Shown here piece by piece: positions 53,747-64,000 of a stretch of DNA of 64,000 bases. Origin of the DNA: Candidatus Heimdallarchaeota archaeon (GTDB lineage: Archaea > Asgardarchaeota > Heimdallarchaeia > Heimdallarchaeales > Heimdallarchaeaceae); NCBI GenBank assembly GCA_030603365.1, contig JAUVXV010000004.1:224001-288000 (forward strand), given 5' to 3'. The stretch's first letter is position 1, and each line of letters begins with the position of its first letter. The position numbers and the translations under genes were made by a program. The notes beneath the pieces are model-generated. The model worked only from the letters and a program-made list of their open reading frames with translations. It did not search any database and was not told the DNA's origin.

Positions 53747-55596
53747 TTATGATGGCAGATCCAATATTTATATACGCAATAATCGCAGTATTAACTCCAA
53801 TAGGTGGAGCATTTTTATCTCTCCTATTGAAGAAATGGAAAGAAATCAGAAACATCTTCAGTGTCAGTACTATTGCTGTTTCTGCACTGATGTCAATTTT
53901 GATTTTTGCTACTTATGGTGGAACAGCTGTAGCTTATGATTTCTCATGGGCAAATTGGTTGGCAAATTCATCAACTAACACAATGGAATCAGGATTCTAT
54001 TTCGATTCACTATCAACAATGATGGTTCTAATAGTATCTATACTAAGTATGCTGATTGCATTCTTCTCACTTGAATATATGAAGGAAGACAAGAACTTAC
54101 TCCGTTATTGGTTCTTTATTCAACTATTCGTAGGTGGAATGCTTTTACTAGTACTAGCACATGATATGGTTTTGCTATTCGTAGGCTGGGAAATTGTCGG
54201 TCTATGTTCTTGTTTCCTCATAGGTCATTACTTTATGAAGAAAGGAGAAGAAGGTACCAAACCAGCTAAAAGTGGAATAAAAGCTCTTATTATGACAGGT
54301 ATAGGTGATGTTGGTTTCTTAGCATTCTTAGCATGGTCATACTCTTTGAACATAGGTGCTGGAGTAACAAACCCACTACTGATTGATACATCTACCTTTG
54401 GTGGTGTATATCCAGTTTTCATGAGCATCTTGCTACTATTAGCTCCAATTACAAAATCTGCTCAATTCCCACTACAATCATGGTTGAGTTCGGGTGATAC
54501 AGTAGATATTGATGCTATGCAAGGTCCAACAACTGTTTCTGCACTTATTCATGCTGCAACAATGGTTAAAGCTGGTGTATATTTAGTCGCACGATTTAGC
54601 CCATACTGGGATAGTGACTTCTTCTATATTGCACTAATGATAATTGCTGGAATTTCCTGTGTAGCAGCTGCTATTGGTGCTCTAGTAACAACAGATCTGA
54701 AAAGAATTCTGGCTTACAGTACAATTTCACAACTGAGTTACATGTTTCTAGCTTTTACTATAAGAGAAGAGCATGCTAATGGTCTAATTCCAGGTCAAGC
54801 TCATTTGTTATCTCACTCAATATTCAAAGCTCTACTGTTCTTGTCAGCAGGGGCAATAATTCATTCTGTTGCTCAAGAGCGAGACATTAAGAAGATGGGT
54901 GGATTGCGAAAAGAGATACCATGGACTTATGGATTCATGTTAGTTGGTGTTGTTGGTCTAATGGGTATTCCTGTCATTTCAAATGGAGGTTTTTCAAAAG
55001 AAATGATAATTACAACTTCCTTTGAAGCAGCAGCTGAAAATCCAATGCACTGGTTTACCTTCATTGTAGCAGTATTGACGGCATTCATAACAACACTATA
55101 TGCCGCAAGAATGTTCTTGATGATTTTCCACGGAAAGAACAGAGGAGCTAAAGTACATAAACCAAAATACATAATGAGAATTACTCTAGGAATTCTAGCT
55201 GTTCTTGTTGTTGCAACTGGTTTCATAATTGAAGGTCCTGTAAGTAACTTCTTCTCTGGAGAAACAGGTTATACATTCATGCACGTTGAAATTGTACCAT
55301 TCCTTTGCGCAATTGGAGCAATAATATTTGGATTACTTGTTGCATACTTACTATATGGTAAGGGACAAACTGAAGTGAAGTTTGTTGAAAACAATAAAGT
55401 ATTCAAATCTCTAAGCACAGTTGTAGCAAATGGTTTCTATATAGATCATCTGTATAGCATGGTGTTTGTTAAACCTGTATTCTGGATTGGTCAGAAAATT
55501 GCCTTCCTTAAAACTGGAAAAATTAACTGGAACATGATTTTAGGATCCGTAGTAGCGGTAGCAACTATCGTTATTCTAGTGATGGTGATTGTCTAA
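53743..55596 (+). CDS. NuoL/MrpA-like antiporter subunit
   Basis: GWEIVG, KSAQFPL, AMQGPTTVSALIHAATMVKAGVYL, AYSTISQLSYM, HSIFKALLFL and KMGGL. Confidence 0.93.
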   Translation: MIMMADPIFIYAIIAVLTPIGGAFLSLLLKKWKEIRNIFSVSTIAVSALMSILIFATYGGTAVAYDFSWANWLANSSTNTMESGFYFDSLSTMMVLIVSILSMLIAFFSLEYMKEDKNLLRYWFFIQLFVGGMLLLVLAHDMVLLFVGWEIVGLCSCFLIGHYFMKKGEEGTKPAKSGIKALIMTGIGDVGFLAFLAWSYSLNIGAGVTNPLLIDTSTFGGVYPVFMSILLLLAPITKSAQFPLQSWLSSGDTVDIDAMQGPTTVSALIHAATMVKAGVYLVARFSPYWDSDFFYIALMIIAGISCVAAAIGALVTTDLKRILAYSTISQLSYMFLAFTIREEHANGLIPGQAHLLSHSIFKALLFLSAGAIIHSVAQERDIKKMGGLRKEIPWTYGFMLVGVVGLMGIPVISNGGFSKEMIITTSFEAAAENPMHWFTFIVAVLTAFITTLYAARMFLMIFHGKNRGAKVHKPKYIMRITLGILAVLVVATGFIIEGPVSNFFSGETGYTFMHVEIVPFLCAIGAIIFGLLVAYLLYGKGQTEVKFVENNKVFKSLSTVVANGFYIDHLYSMVFVKPVFWIGQKIAFLKTGKINWNMILGSVVAVATIVILVMVIV

Positions 55597-57074
55597 TGGC
55601 ACTTAGTACTTATCTCTCTCTACTCATGCTTGTACCTATCGCTGGTGCAGGTTTGATTGCGTTGTTTGAACAACTGAAGAAGCACTTGACTAAAATAAAG
55701 ATATGCTCAGATTGTGTTAATCATGCATTAGCTAATCTTGTAGCACTAGGTACTTTCCTTCTTGGAATCGTATCTGTATTCAATCAAGGGTGGCAAACTT
55801 ATCTGAATGATAATTCTGGTTTACTCTTGGAATATGGTATGATACAAGCAGTTCTAGTAACTATCTTCAGTTTCCTAGTTTGGATGGCTGTACTTTTCAG
55901 TGTTAATTACATGAAAGGTAAGAGTGGCTTAGGCTATTATTATGCACTAATCCTAACATTACTAACAGGTTTGATTGTTGTAATCATGGCAAATAACTTC
56001 ATCACTCTATTCATTGGGTGGGAAATGTTTGCTTTAAGTGGTTATGTGCTAGTTGCATTCGAAAGAATGAAACGTGGTGCAGTAGAAGCTTCTCTTAAGT
56101 ACTTTATCATGTCAACTGCTGGAAGTATGCTAGTCTTACTGGCAACAGCATTAACATATGGTTACTTTGGTACAGTAAACTTCGCATTAATAGCAACTAG
56201 AGTACATTGGATTAGTGGTGGAGTTTTAGGATTGATTATTGCATTGTTTATTACTGGTTTTTCAGTAACAGCTGCAATGTTGTTCCTAAATGCCTGGTTA
56301 CCAGATGCCCACAGTTCGGCTCCTTCAACCATTTCAGCTTTACTATCTGGAATTGTTGTTAAAGCCGGTGCTTTTGGTATCTACAGAACTCTCTACTCTG
56401 CTTATCCCAATATGGTACCTGCAGGTGTAGTTCTCTCTTGGATTGGTGTCTTGACCATGTTTGAAGGAAACTTCTTAGTGTTCTCTCAATTCTGGCGAAA
56501 AGATATCATAGACTTCAAGAGAATATTAGCTTATTCAACAACCGTACATCTAGGGTATATCATTCTAGGTATAGGTTCTAATACTATGCTAGGAGTTCAT
56601 GCATCTGTGTTCCATATACTAACACATTCAATTGCTAAAGGATCTCTGTTTTTGCTCAGCGGCACACTAATTGCAGCTGTAAGCTCAAGGGATATACGTG
56701 ATATGAAAGGAATTGGAAGAAGATCACCATTCATTGGTGTCATTCTGACTATAGCTCTCCTCTCTCTTGGTGGTATTCCAATAACCGCTGGTTTTATCTC
56801 AAAACTGATGGTTGTTTTGGCTACTTTTAATGGAGCTGGAGCATTAGGTAATAACATAGCATTAGTTGTTATGGCTATAATCAACTCCTTGTTAGCTTTA
56901 GGAGGTTATCTATACATTCTCAAGATAATGTTGTTCGATGAACCTGAAGCTAAATCTGAGGAGAAGGTAAAAATACCAATATTCCAAGCAATATCTCTAA
57001 CTATCTTAGCAGTTGTAATATTACTACTAGGATTTTGGCCAGACCTTATTCTACAACCAATAATTGGAATTTAA
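55596..57074 (+). CDS. NuoM/NuoN/MrpD-like antiporter subunit
   Basis: FIGWEM, EASLKYF, WLPDAHSSAP, SALLSG, KRILAYST and GIP..AGF.SK. Confidence 0.9.
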   Translation: MALSTYLSLLMLVPIAGAGLIALFEQLKKHLTKIKICSDCVNHALANLVALGTFLLGIVSVFNQGWQTYLNDNSGLLLEYGMIQAVLVTIFSFLVWMAVLFSVNYMKGKSGLGYYYALILTLLTGLIVVIMANNFITLFIGWEMFALSGYVLVAFERMKRGAVEASLKYFIMSTAGSMLVLLATALTYGYFGTVNFALIATRVHWISGGVLGLIIALFITGFSVTAAMLFLNAWLPDAHSSAPSTISALLSGIVVKAGAFGIYRTLYSAYPNMVPAGVVLSWIGVLTMFEGNFLVFSQFWRKDIIDFKRILAYSTTVHLGYIILGIGSNTMLGVHASVFHILTHSIAKGSLFLLSGTLIAAVSSRDIRDMKGIGRRSPFIGVILTIALLSLGGIPITAGFISKLMVVLATFNGAGALGNNIALVVMAIINSLLALGGYLYILKIMLFDEPEAKSEEKVKIPIFQAISLTILAVVILLLGFWPDLILQPIIGI

Positions 57075-57185
57075 TCATTCCAACCTTTTCTTTTTCTTTT
57101 TCTTTTCTTGTTAAACACAGAAATATAAAATGCACATCAGAGATTTTTTCAATAGATTTTTTAAGCAGTCAAATTCTTTACATGT

Positions 57186-57554
57186 ATGATCTTGGAGATA
57201 ATTGATGGGGTATTTGTTATCTGCGCAGGAATAATCACTGCTATGTTGTGGGTTGTTGTGTTAGTAAAGAAATTAGAACACAAATTCATAGAAAAGAAAT
57301 TTGAAAGGGTTTTTCATATTGCAGCAGAATTTCTGATGTCTTCTATAGCAATTATTGCAGGAATTATATTGCTGTTAAAGCATTTCTTAGGTGTGCCATT
57401 GTTTTATCTTGCTATGGGATTAATTCTTTATGCATTAGTTAATGCTATTGGAATATATTGGGAGAAAAGATACAGGTTACTGGTCTTAATACTAATAATA
57501 TCTACTTTGATTACCATAGTGCTAATAGCTGTCTCTCTTGCTTTACTAGTTTAA
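57186..57554 (+). CDS. Small 4-TM membrane protein
   Basis: Hydrophobic ORF containing FHIAAEF. Confidence 0.7.
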   Translation: MILEIIDGVFVICAGIITAMLWVVVLVKKLEHKFIEKKFERVFHIAAEFLMSSIAIIAGIILLLKHFLGVPLFYLAMGLILYALVNAIGIYWEKRYRLLVLILIISTLITIVLIAVSLALLV

Positions 57555-57607
57555 CATGAAACATAGAAACAAAAATAGAATAAACAAAAAATAAAAAGAA
57601 AAGGAAA

Positions 57608-58090
57608 TTATTCCTCTTGAGGAATTTCTTTCTTCTCTACACCAATAAGATCTTCTTTTAATTTTCCTAGAAGTGTAGCTATTGCATGAACAATATTCTC
57701 TGGTCTTGGTGGGCATCCATATACCCAAGCATCAATTGGGAGAACATGATCAATACCACCTAAAACAAATGGACATTCTTGGAATACACCGCCTGATGTA
57801 CAACAATTGCCAACTGCTACCACAAATTTTGGTAAGGGCATCTGCTCATATACTCGTTTTACTCGTTCTGCTACTTGAACAGTAACTGGACCAGTGATAA
57901 CTAGAACATCTGCTTGTCTTGGAGTTCCTCTAAGAGTTATACCATATTGCTCAAGATCATGCCGGGGAGTTAAAGCATCAACAATTTCAATGTCACAACC
58001 ATTACATCCTCCAGCATTCATGTGAATAATCCATGGGGATTTTAATGCACAGAATACACCAAATTTCTTTAGCCAACCCATTTTAATCAA
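57608..58090 (-). CDS. Group 4 [NiFe]-hydrogenase small subunit (NuoB/MbhJ-like)
   Basis: GGCNGCDIE, PRQADVL, VGNC and GCPPRP. Confidence 0.95.
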   Translation of the reverse strand: MIKMGWLKKFGVFCALKSPWIIHMNAGGCNGCDIEIVDALTPRHDLEQYGITLRGTPRQADVLVITGPVTVQVAERVKRVYEQMPLPKFVVAVGNCCTSGGVFQECPFVLGGIDHVLPIDAWVYGCPPRPENIVHAIATLLGKLKEDLIGVEKKEIPQEE

Positions 58091-58560
58091 CCTCTAAACT
58101 CCTCTATTTCTTTAATCTTCTTGCCACCTTCTTCAATAAGTTCCTGCAATTTCTTGTCAGCAGTATCTCCTTTGTAACTACCTTTGGCAACTAACATATC
58201 ATAGTCTTGTCGAACATTGAAGGAGAATAGTGAATTGGATAAGCTGGGTTCTCTGTCTATGTGGATAGCATCCTTTGGACAGTATGTTTGGCAATGACCG
58301 CACCACATACATTGAGGACGTAGAATCCAAATCATTCCATTATCTTTGTTTTCTTTATCCATCCCTAAACAGTGTGAAGGGCAGACATTGACACATGTTC
58401 CACACATGATACATCTATCCTCGATAATAGCGGGGATAGTTCTGATATCTTCAGGAGGAGGATTCTCTGCAATTCTCTTAAGAACATGTTTTGTTACAGG
58501 TCCTTTAGCTTGATTTTTGAGAGCTTCTCCACCCATTACTAATACTTTCTTCATCTTCAT
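58087..58560 (-). CDS. 2x[4Fe-4S] ferredoxin-like subunit (NuoI/MbhN-like)
   Basis: CIMCGTCVNVCP and CMWCGHCQTYCP. Confidence 0.92.
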   Translation of the reverse strand: MKMKKVLVMGGEALKNQAKGPVTKHVLKRIAENPPPEDIRTIPAIIEDRCIMCGTCVNVCPSHCLGMDKENKDNGMIWILRPQCMWCGHCQTYCPKDAIHIDREPSLSNSLFSFNVRQDYDMLVAKGSYKGDTADKKLQELIEEGGKKIKEIEEFRG

Positions 58561-58566
58561 TTCACC

Positions 58567-59820
58567 TCAGAAAAATGGCCGATTATACTTCTTAGCTTTG
58601 ATAGCTTTACGAGCAAATTCGTCCTGATTTAGTATCATTTTTTCACCAGTATTTTCGTTAATTAACATAACCCTATTTGTACAAGAGAAACAAGGGTCAT
58701 AGCTTCGTAGAATAACTGGCATATCAGCAATATATTCTCCATCCATTCTCTTTAAAGTCGCATCAATGTTTCCTAACGATGGTGCTCTTATTTTATATCT
58801 ATCTGGCTTATCAGTACCATTTGCAATTGCATAATGGACATCTTCTCCTCTTGGAGCTTCTGCTCTAGCCATATATGTTCCTTCTGGAATTCTTTGTTTA
58901 ACTCTTACAAGTAGCTCTCCTTGTGTAGATTCTAGTTGATCTAAAATCTGTTTGCACATTTGCAATGATTCTAGTGTTTCATCAACTCTTACAAGTGTAG
59001 TTGCTAATACATCCCCTTCAGGATAACAAACTAAATTCCAGTCTATTTTATCATATAGCTCATAGGGAGTTGATTTTCGAACATCGAAAGGTAATCCAGA
59101 AGCTCTTGCTGTTGGGCCATTAGGTGTTGTTTTCTTGGCTTCATCCTTTGTTAATACACCAACATCTTTCAAACGATTTGTAATTGAAGCTTCTTCAACG
59201 AATACTTTTCTATGATATTGTACTTTCTTTATTAATTCATCAAGAAGAGGTCTAGCCCAGTCAGCTTTCTCTTTAGGAATATCTCTTTTTACTCCACCTG
59301 GAAGCATTAAAGCAGGATTAACTCTGTTGCCACTCAATTTCTCTACAATATCCATTATTATCTCACGATCTCTCCATGAGATGTGCAGCAATGTATCGAA
59401 TCCAGCATCATGTGCAAGAATTCCATACCAAAGAATATGGGAATGAATACGTTCTGCTTCACAACTGAACATACGAATCAACCTTGCTCTTTCAGAAATC
59501 TGATCTTCAACACCAGCTAACCTATCCACAACACGCACATACACGTTTTGATGAACAGCACTGCAAATTCCACAAGCTCTGGGTATTAACATGGTGTTTT
59601 GTCTCCATGTTCTGTTTTCCATAGCTTTTTCAATACCTCTCAAATTGAACCCAATTCGTATATCAGCTTCAACTACCCTTTCACCTTTAAGATGAATGAT
59701 AAAGTGTGCTGGTTCTTCACACCAAGGGTGTTGGGGTCCTATAAAGATATGATGATCAGCATCTTCAGGGCCATCACTACCATCTGTTAGTGTTCTAAAT
59801 CTTGATCTGTATTCAGTCAT
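58567..59820 (-). CDS. Group 4 [NiFe]-hydrogenase large subunit (NuoD/MbhL-like)
   Basis: GPQHP, L1 RACGIC, EAPRGE and L2 DPCFSCTNR followed by a C-terminal extension. Confidence 0.95.
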   Translation of the reverse strand: MTEYRSRFRTLTDGSDGPEDADHHIFIGPQHPWCEEPAHFIIHLKGERVVEADIRIGFNLRGIEKAMENRTWRQNTMLIPRACGICSAVHQNVYVRVVDRLAGVEDQISERARLIRMFSCEAERIHSHILWYGILAHDAGFDTLLHISWRDREIIMDIVEKLSGNRVNPALMLPGGVKRDIPKEKADWARPLLDELIKKVQYHRKVFVEEASITNRLKDVGVLTKDEAKKTTPNGPTARASGLPFDVRKSTPYELYDKIDWNLVCYPEGDVLATTLVRVDETLESLQMCKQILDQLESTQGELLVRVKQRIPEGTYMARAEAPRGEDVHYAIANGTDKPDRYKIRAPSLGNIDATLKRMDGEYIADMPVILRSYDPCFSCTNRVMLINENTGEKMILNQDEFARKAIKAKKYNRPFF

Positions 59821-59821
59821 T

Positions 59822-60343
59822 TTATTTCTCCTCCAAACTCTCTTTGGCTATTTTCATGGTTATCTCTTTAATTTGTTCCCATGAATATTCTTTGCGCATT
59901 GGTTTGACATCATCTGGCCATTTTTCAGGTAGAATTATTCTCTGAAGGAATGGATGATTCTCGAAGTAAACTCCATAGAAATCATAGATCTCTCTTTCAT
60001 AGTAGTCAGCTGCAACAAAAAAGTCCACCATACTTGGAGACTTTGGATTTTTCTTATCAACTTTTGTAATAATGAAGTTTATTGGAACTTCTCTAAACTC
60101 CTCCTCTATTCTATGTTGAATATGGTAACAAATGTTGAATCCGTCTTCCTTTTCAAAACCACTTACGGTTGAAAGGTGATAAATACCGGCCTCTTCATGA
60201 AGAATTTTCATAAGGTTATAGGCATTTTTTGTGTTAACCAAGAGGTCAAAATGACCCTCTTCAACCTTAACTGTTTCTTCAACAAGATTTTCTGGTAAAG
60301 TTACGTTTAAAATACTTTCTAGTTCTTTGAGTTCATCACTCAT
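59822..60343 (-). CDS. NuoC/MbhK-like subunit
   Basis: HLSTVSG, PS, YYEREIYDFYGVYFENHP and WP....PMRK. Confidence 0.92.
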   Translation of the reverse strand: MSDELKELESILNVTLPENLVEETVKVEEGHFDLLVNTKNAYNLMKILHEEAGIYHLSTVSGFEKEDGFNICYHIQHRIEEEFREVPINFIITKVDKKNPKSPSMVDFFVAADYYEREIYDFYGVYFENHPFLQRIILPEKWPDDVKPMRKEYSWEQIKEITMKIAKESLEEK

Positions 60344-60459
60344 AAGAAGTCCTCACATAGCATTTTATTTAATCTTTATACAGTAATAAAAAAAGGTTGT
60401 GCTGTATAGATGTGAATTTTATAGAAGAATAGTTGTTTATATTACTCTTTACTGAAGTA

Positions 60460-61143
60460 TTAATTCTTGATAAAAATATAATCATTGCCTTTGAATTTTT
60501 CTGGAATTTCTTGCAAATGCCATCCCCTAACCTGTAACGCTAAGAAATTACCTATCATCCAAGGTGTTATACTACTGTCTCCATATCTGAAATTCTCTTC
60601 AGAAATCCAAGTGCCCTCCTTCTCCTTCAGTTCCAACCATTGATTAATAGAAAGAAAACGACCTGTGTATCTAACGCCATAAGATCTCTCTAGTAATTCG
60701 GGGATTGACCTAATTAACGTTTGAGCTATCTCTACATTGTCTATATCTTGGCACTCAGCTATAGCATTCAGCACAGCAGTTTTTGTATTAAAATTGTCTG
60801 AAATTCTAGGTTTGGCAGGAGTAAAATACTCAAACGATGGATTGATTGCATTCTCTTCACAAAGAAAAACCCTTTCAGTGATTATTCTAAACTTATAGCC
60901 TCTAGTAGCAAGAGAAAGAAGGTAAGCTATATCTATATTGTTTAGTTTATATTTCCTTCTAAGAAGTTTTATTCCATCAACAACCCCTACTTTGCTTTTT
61001 GCATCTCCCATACACTCATGGTCATCCAAAACATCAGGAATTGAACGCTTTAAATTAGTTAAGAAATACTGGTTTGGTTTATTAGAAAAGTCTATGAAAT
61101 TTCTTAAAATTTGCGCATTAGCATCCTTTTCTCTGAGTACCAT
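60460..61143 (-). CDS. Hypothetical protein within the hydrogenase cluster
   Basis: 227-aa ATG ORF co-oriented between hypC and the NuoC-like gene. Confidence 0.7.
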   Translation of the reverse strand: MVLREKDANAQILRNFIDFSNKPNQYFLTNLKRSIPDVLDDHECMGDAKSKVGVVDGIKLLRRKYKLNNIDIAYLLSLATRGYKFRIITERVFLCEENAINPSFEYFTPAKPRISDNFNTKTAVLNAIAECQDIDNVEIAQTLIRSIPELLERSYGVRYTGRFLSINQWLELKEKEGTWISEENFRYGDSSITPWMIGNFLALQVRGWHLQEIPEKFKGNDYIFIKN

Positions 61144-61220
61144 TCTGATATTATTTACTAGAATTAATCTATTTAACTTATTCGATATTTCTCGATAAAA
61201 TAAAAGAAAACTAAAGAGAT

Positions 61221-61442
61221 TTATGAACTCAGAATCTCATCCCATAGTTTCAAATCTTCTTTTGCTTGTTCTGGGTCTAATTTAGAGATAATAAAACCTG
61301 TATGAACTAGAACATAGTCCCCTACTTCCAAAGGTTCTTCCAGTAATGAAGTGTCTGCTTCTCTTCTGACACCAGTAATGTCCACCATGACTCTTTTCTT
61401 ACTTACAATTTCACAAATTAAACCTGGAATTGCTAAACACAT
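61221..61442 (-). CDS. hypC: Hydrogenase chaperone HypC
   Basis: Start corrected to MCLAIPG (ATG 61442); GDYVLVHTGF. Confidence 0.95.
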   Translation of the reverse strand: MCLAIPGLICEIVSKKRVMVDITGVRREADTSLLEEPLEVGDYVLVHTGFIISKLDPEQAKEDLKLWDEILSS

Positions 61443-61495
61443 GTTGTTCACATCTACTTTTCTTATTAGATAATTAACTCTTTTTATTCGGCAAA

Positions 61496-62599
61496 TTATT
61501 CTTCCCACATTATCTCTTCGTATGTAGCTGCTACATTACAAGTTCCTTCATGACTAACCATACATGCACCAATTGGGTGATCAGGTCTACATGCTTTTTT
61601 AAAGAGCTTGCATTGGTGTGGTTTGGATTTACCAATTAGAATTTCATCACAGATGCAACCACCTTGGAGATCTGTAGATGGTAATTCCGGAATATTGTAC
61701 TTCTTCTTTGCGTCAATGTAACTATACTTTGCACTAATTTCATGACCAGTATCCGGCCATACGCCTAATCCCCTCCATCTTGCCTCTGAAACTTGGTAAG
61801 CTTCCTCTAAAGTTCTAAGAGCTGCAACATTTCCTTCATATTTTACATATCGTTTGTAATCATTATCAACGCGTGCTGTGCCTTCTTTGATTTGCTTTAA
61901 TAGCGAATAGATACCCATTAGTATATCTACGGGTTCAAAACCAGCAATAGATACTGGAAAGTTGTATTTTTCTGCAATAAAGCCATAGGGCTTAGCTCCA
62001 ATAATTGTAGAAACATGTCCTGGGGCAAGAAAACCTTGGAACTCTAAATCATCACGTTGAACCAATAATTCCATCGCTGGAGGGACAAGCTTGTGAGAAG
62101 AATAGATGCTGAAATTTGGTAATTTAGTTCGAATAACTTCTGCAGCTGTTACACAAGATGTAGTTTCAAATCCAACACTGAAGAAAAGAAAATCTCTATC
62201 CGGTGTTTGTTCAGCTAGTTTTAATGCATCAGACACACTATAAACAACACGAACATCCACACCTCTTCCTTGAGCTTGATAGAGTGACTCTTTTGAACCT
62301 GGGACGCGCATCATATCACCAAAAGTGGTGATAATAACATTATGATTATCAGCAACCCAAAGAACTTCATCTACATCTCGGGCAGAACTCACGCACACTG
62401 GACAGCCAGGACCTGCAATCAAATCAATCTCTTTCGGTAACAACGAACGTAATCCAGCTTTTACTAAATCATGTTCATGAGTTCCACAAACATGCATAAT
62501 ACGTATTTTTTCACCTATTTCTTCTGTTAACTGTGTAATTTTTTTAATCAGAGCATCAACTATTTTTTTATCTCTGTATTTTTGTGTAGGTTCTGACAT
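61496..62599 (-). CDS. hypD: Hydrogenase maturation protein HypD
   Basis: MHVCGTH, GPGCPVC, GFETT, PGHVS and GACMVSHEGTC. Confidence 0.96.
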   Translation of the reverse strand: MSEPTQKYRDKKIVDALIKKITQLTEEIGEKIRIMHVCGTHEHDLVKAGLRSLLPKEIDLIAGPGCPVCVSSARDVDEVLWVADNHNVIITTFGDMMRVPGSKESLYQAQGRGVDVRVVYSVSDALKLAEQTPDRDFLFFSVGFETTSCVTAAEVIRTKLPNFSIYSSHKLVPPAMELLVQRDDLEFQGFLAPGHVSTIIGAKPYGFIAEKYNFPVSIAGFEPVDILMGIYSLLKQIKEGTARVDNDYKRYVKYEGNVAALRTLEEAYQVSEARWRGLGVWPDTGHEISAKYSYIDAKKKYNIPELPSTDLQGGCICDEILIGKSKPHQCKLFKKACRPDHPIGACMVSHEGTCNVAATYEEIMWEE

Positions 62600-62806
62600 T
62601 TAAATGACACCTTAATGCTCTTTGAGGATGCACAAATAGTATAAATAAATAACTTCTTCTCTTGGACAAAATGTCCTTTACATATACAATAAATTTCTAA
62701 TAGAATTGAAATTCTTCTGAAAATGATTTATTTTTAGATATTATCTCATCTAGCAATTCTTCTGAAAAGCATTTCATTAGTTTTAAATAATATTTAATGA
62801 AGGGTA

Positions 62807-63361
62807 GTGCATATGAAGATTCTTGTAACTTACTTCAGTCAAACAGGAAACACAAAGAAAATTGCAGAAGCAATTCATGAAACTATATCACAAAATCATG
62901 ATTCATTTTTAAAAGATTTTAATGAAATAACTATAGATGAGTTGGACCTTTATGATCTAGTTTTTCTAGGGTCTGCTTGTCATCATGCTAATCTAGCACC
63001 ACCAGTTCTGAAGTTTATTGAAAATATACCTAAATCACCAAAATTCAAACTTGCTGGTTTTGTAACACACTCTACATATCCTCCTGAAGGTTCAGAAAGA
63101 CATGCTGAAATGTTCGAGCAATGGGGGAGTAAATGCGCTAAAACCTATGAACGACTTCAGAATGAGAAAGGCATAGATTACAAAGGTTACTTCCGATGCA
63201 TGGGGATACCTTCGAAACCAATTGAACAATTCATAAATAAACAAATCATTCCTGATGAGGATGAATGGGCTGAATACATAGATGTAATTGTTAAACATCT
63301 TGATGAATCAGATATAGAAAATGCGAAAAAGTTTGCAAAAGAAGTTCTTGACAAATGCTAG
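62807..63361 (+). CDS. Flavodoxin-like protein
   Basis: YFSQTGNTKKIAEAI and YDLVFLGS. Confidence 0.85.
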   Translation: MHMKILVTYFSQTGNTKKIAEAIHETISQNHDSFLKDFNEITIDELDLYDLVFLGSACHHANLAPPVLKFIENIPKSPKFKLAGFVTHSTYPPEGSERHAEMFEQWGSKCAKTYERLQNEKGIDYKGYFRCMGIPSKPIEQFINKQIIPDEDEWAEYIDVIVKHLDESDIENAKKFAKEVLDKC

Positions 63362-63511
63362 ATTACTCAATAAAACTTTTCATGATTATAAACAGTTTAT
63401 TATTTCCTTGGCACCTTAAAGGATGAATCGTAAATAGTTTATAGATTACTTTGTATACGTTTATTAATGTGAAAATGTATTTTTATTTTTGAGATTAAAA
63501 GGTTTATATCA

Positions 63512-64000
63512 ATGAAATTAAAGGATTATCTTCTAGTAACAATAACTTGGATATCTATATTGATACAGATTATTCTAACATTTGTTCTATGGGATAACTA
63601 CTATGATATTTATGGTTTGGTTATCGTGGGATACATTTTTTGGTGCTTATCAATTGTTTTTGGTGTTTTACCAATCATCTCATTTCGAAGGAAGGGGAGA
63701 GTTCCAAAAAAAACTAGCTATATACATACTACTCAAATGGTTGATACTGGAATATATGCAATTGTTAGACATCCGCAATTTCTTGCTGGAATCCTGTGGA
63801 GTATTGCTTTAGCGCTAATCTCACAGCATTGGGTTGTCGATGTTTTGCTAATTCCTGTTATAATTACTACATATTTTGATACCCTTGAAGCAAATAAAAA
63901 ACTTATTGAAAAGTTTGGAGAGGATTATATCGAATATATGAAGAGAGTACCAAATCTAAATGCACTTTGGGGAATTATTCTGTTGTTTTATCAGAAGATT
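63512..64000 (+). CDS. Isoprenylcysteine carboxyl methyltransferase/PEMT-family membrane protein (runs off the window edge)
   Basis: Not in the ORF track. My translation from ATG 63512 includes TTQMVDTGIYAIVRHPQFLAG...LIEKFGEDYIEYMKRVP. Confidence 0.85.
   Translation, partial: MKLKDYLLVTITWISILIQIILTFVLWDNYYDIYGLVIVGYIFWCLSIVFGVLPIISFRRKGRVPKKTSYIHTTQMVDTGIYAIVRHPQFLAGILWSIALALISQHWVVDVLLIPVIITTYFDTLEANKKLIEKFGEDYIEYMKRVPNLNALWGIILLFYQKI

Noticed and set aside
63582-63812. 76-aa + strand ORF
   Set aside because: Out-of-frame overlap with the ICMT/PEMT-family gene starting at 63512.

Overview
An AT-rich archaeal chromosome segment, most likely from an Asgard (Heimdallarchaeia-like) genome. 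That placement is inferred from the archaeal aIF-1A/RIO1/Dim2, aIF-2beta/NMD3 and RPA32-like genes alongside a bacterial-type gyrase and a complex I-like group 4 [NiFe]-hydrogenase. Most of the window is housekeeping and energy metabolism: metG, gyrAB, upp, a tRNA methylthiotransferase, hypCDEF with a membrane-bound hydrogenase split into two convergent operons, peptidases, GNATs and ABC/MFS transporters. The strongest signals are non-coding. (1) A circularly permuted 5S rRNA gene lies at 46735-46914 (-). The 3' half precedes the 5' half, the normal ends are joined by a UACG tetraloop, and a 10-bp stem carrying a bulge-helix-bulge (BHB) splice motif encloses the whole unit, predicting repair by the tRNA splicing machinery via a circular RNA. 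(2) A stand-alone box C/D guide RNA (17050-17103) lies just downstream of a tRNA-Trp gene with a shortened 32-nt intron. By the N+5 rule both guides point to C34 and C39 of that pre-tRNA, so the normally intron-encoded guide appears to sit outside the intron. Other candidates are a BpsA-like transferase paired with a non-LysA decarboxylase inside a glycosylation locus, a structured metG leader, a DEDDh exonuclease fused to a nucleoside-deoxyribosyltransferase-like domain, and a gyrase with an altered quinolone-binding region. No CRISPR array, transposase or integrase was seen. All protein calls come from motif recognition, not database searches.
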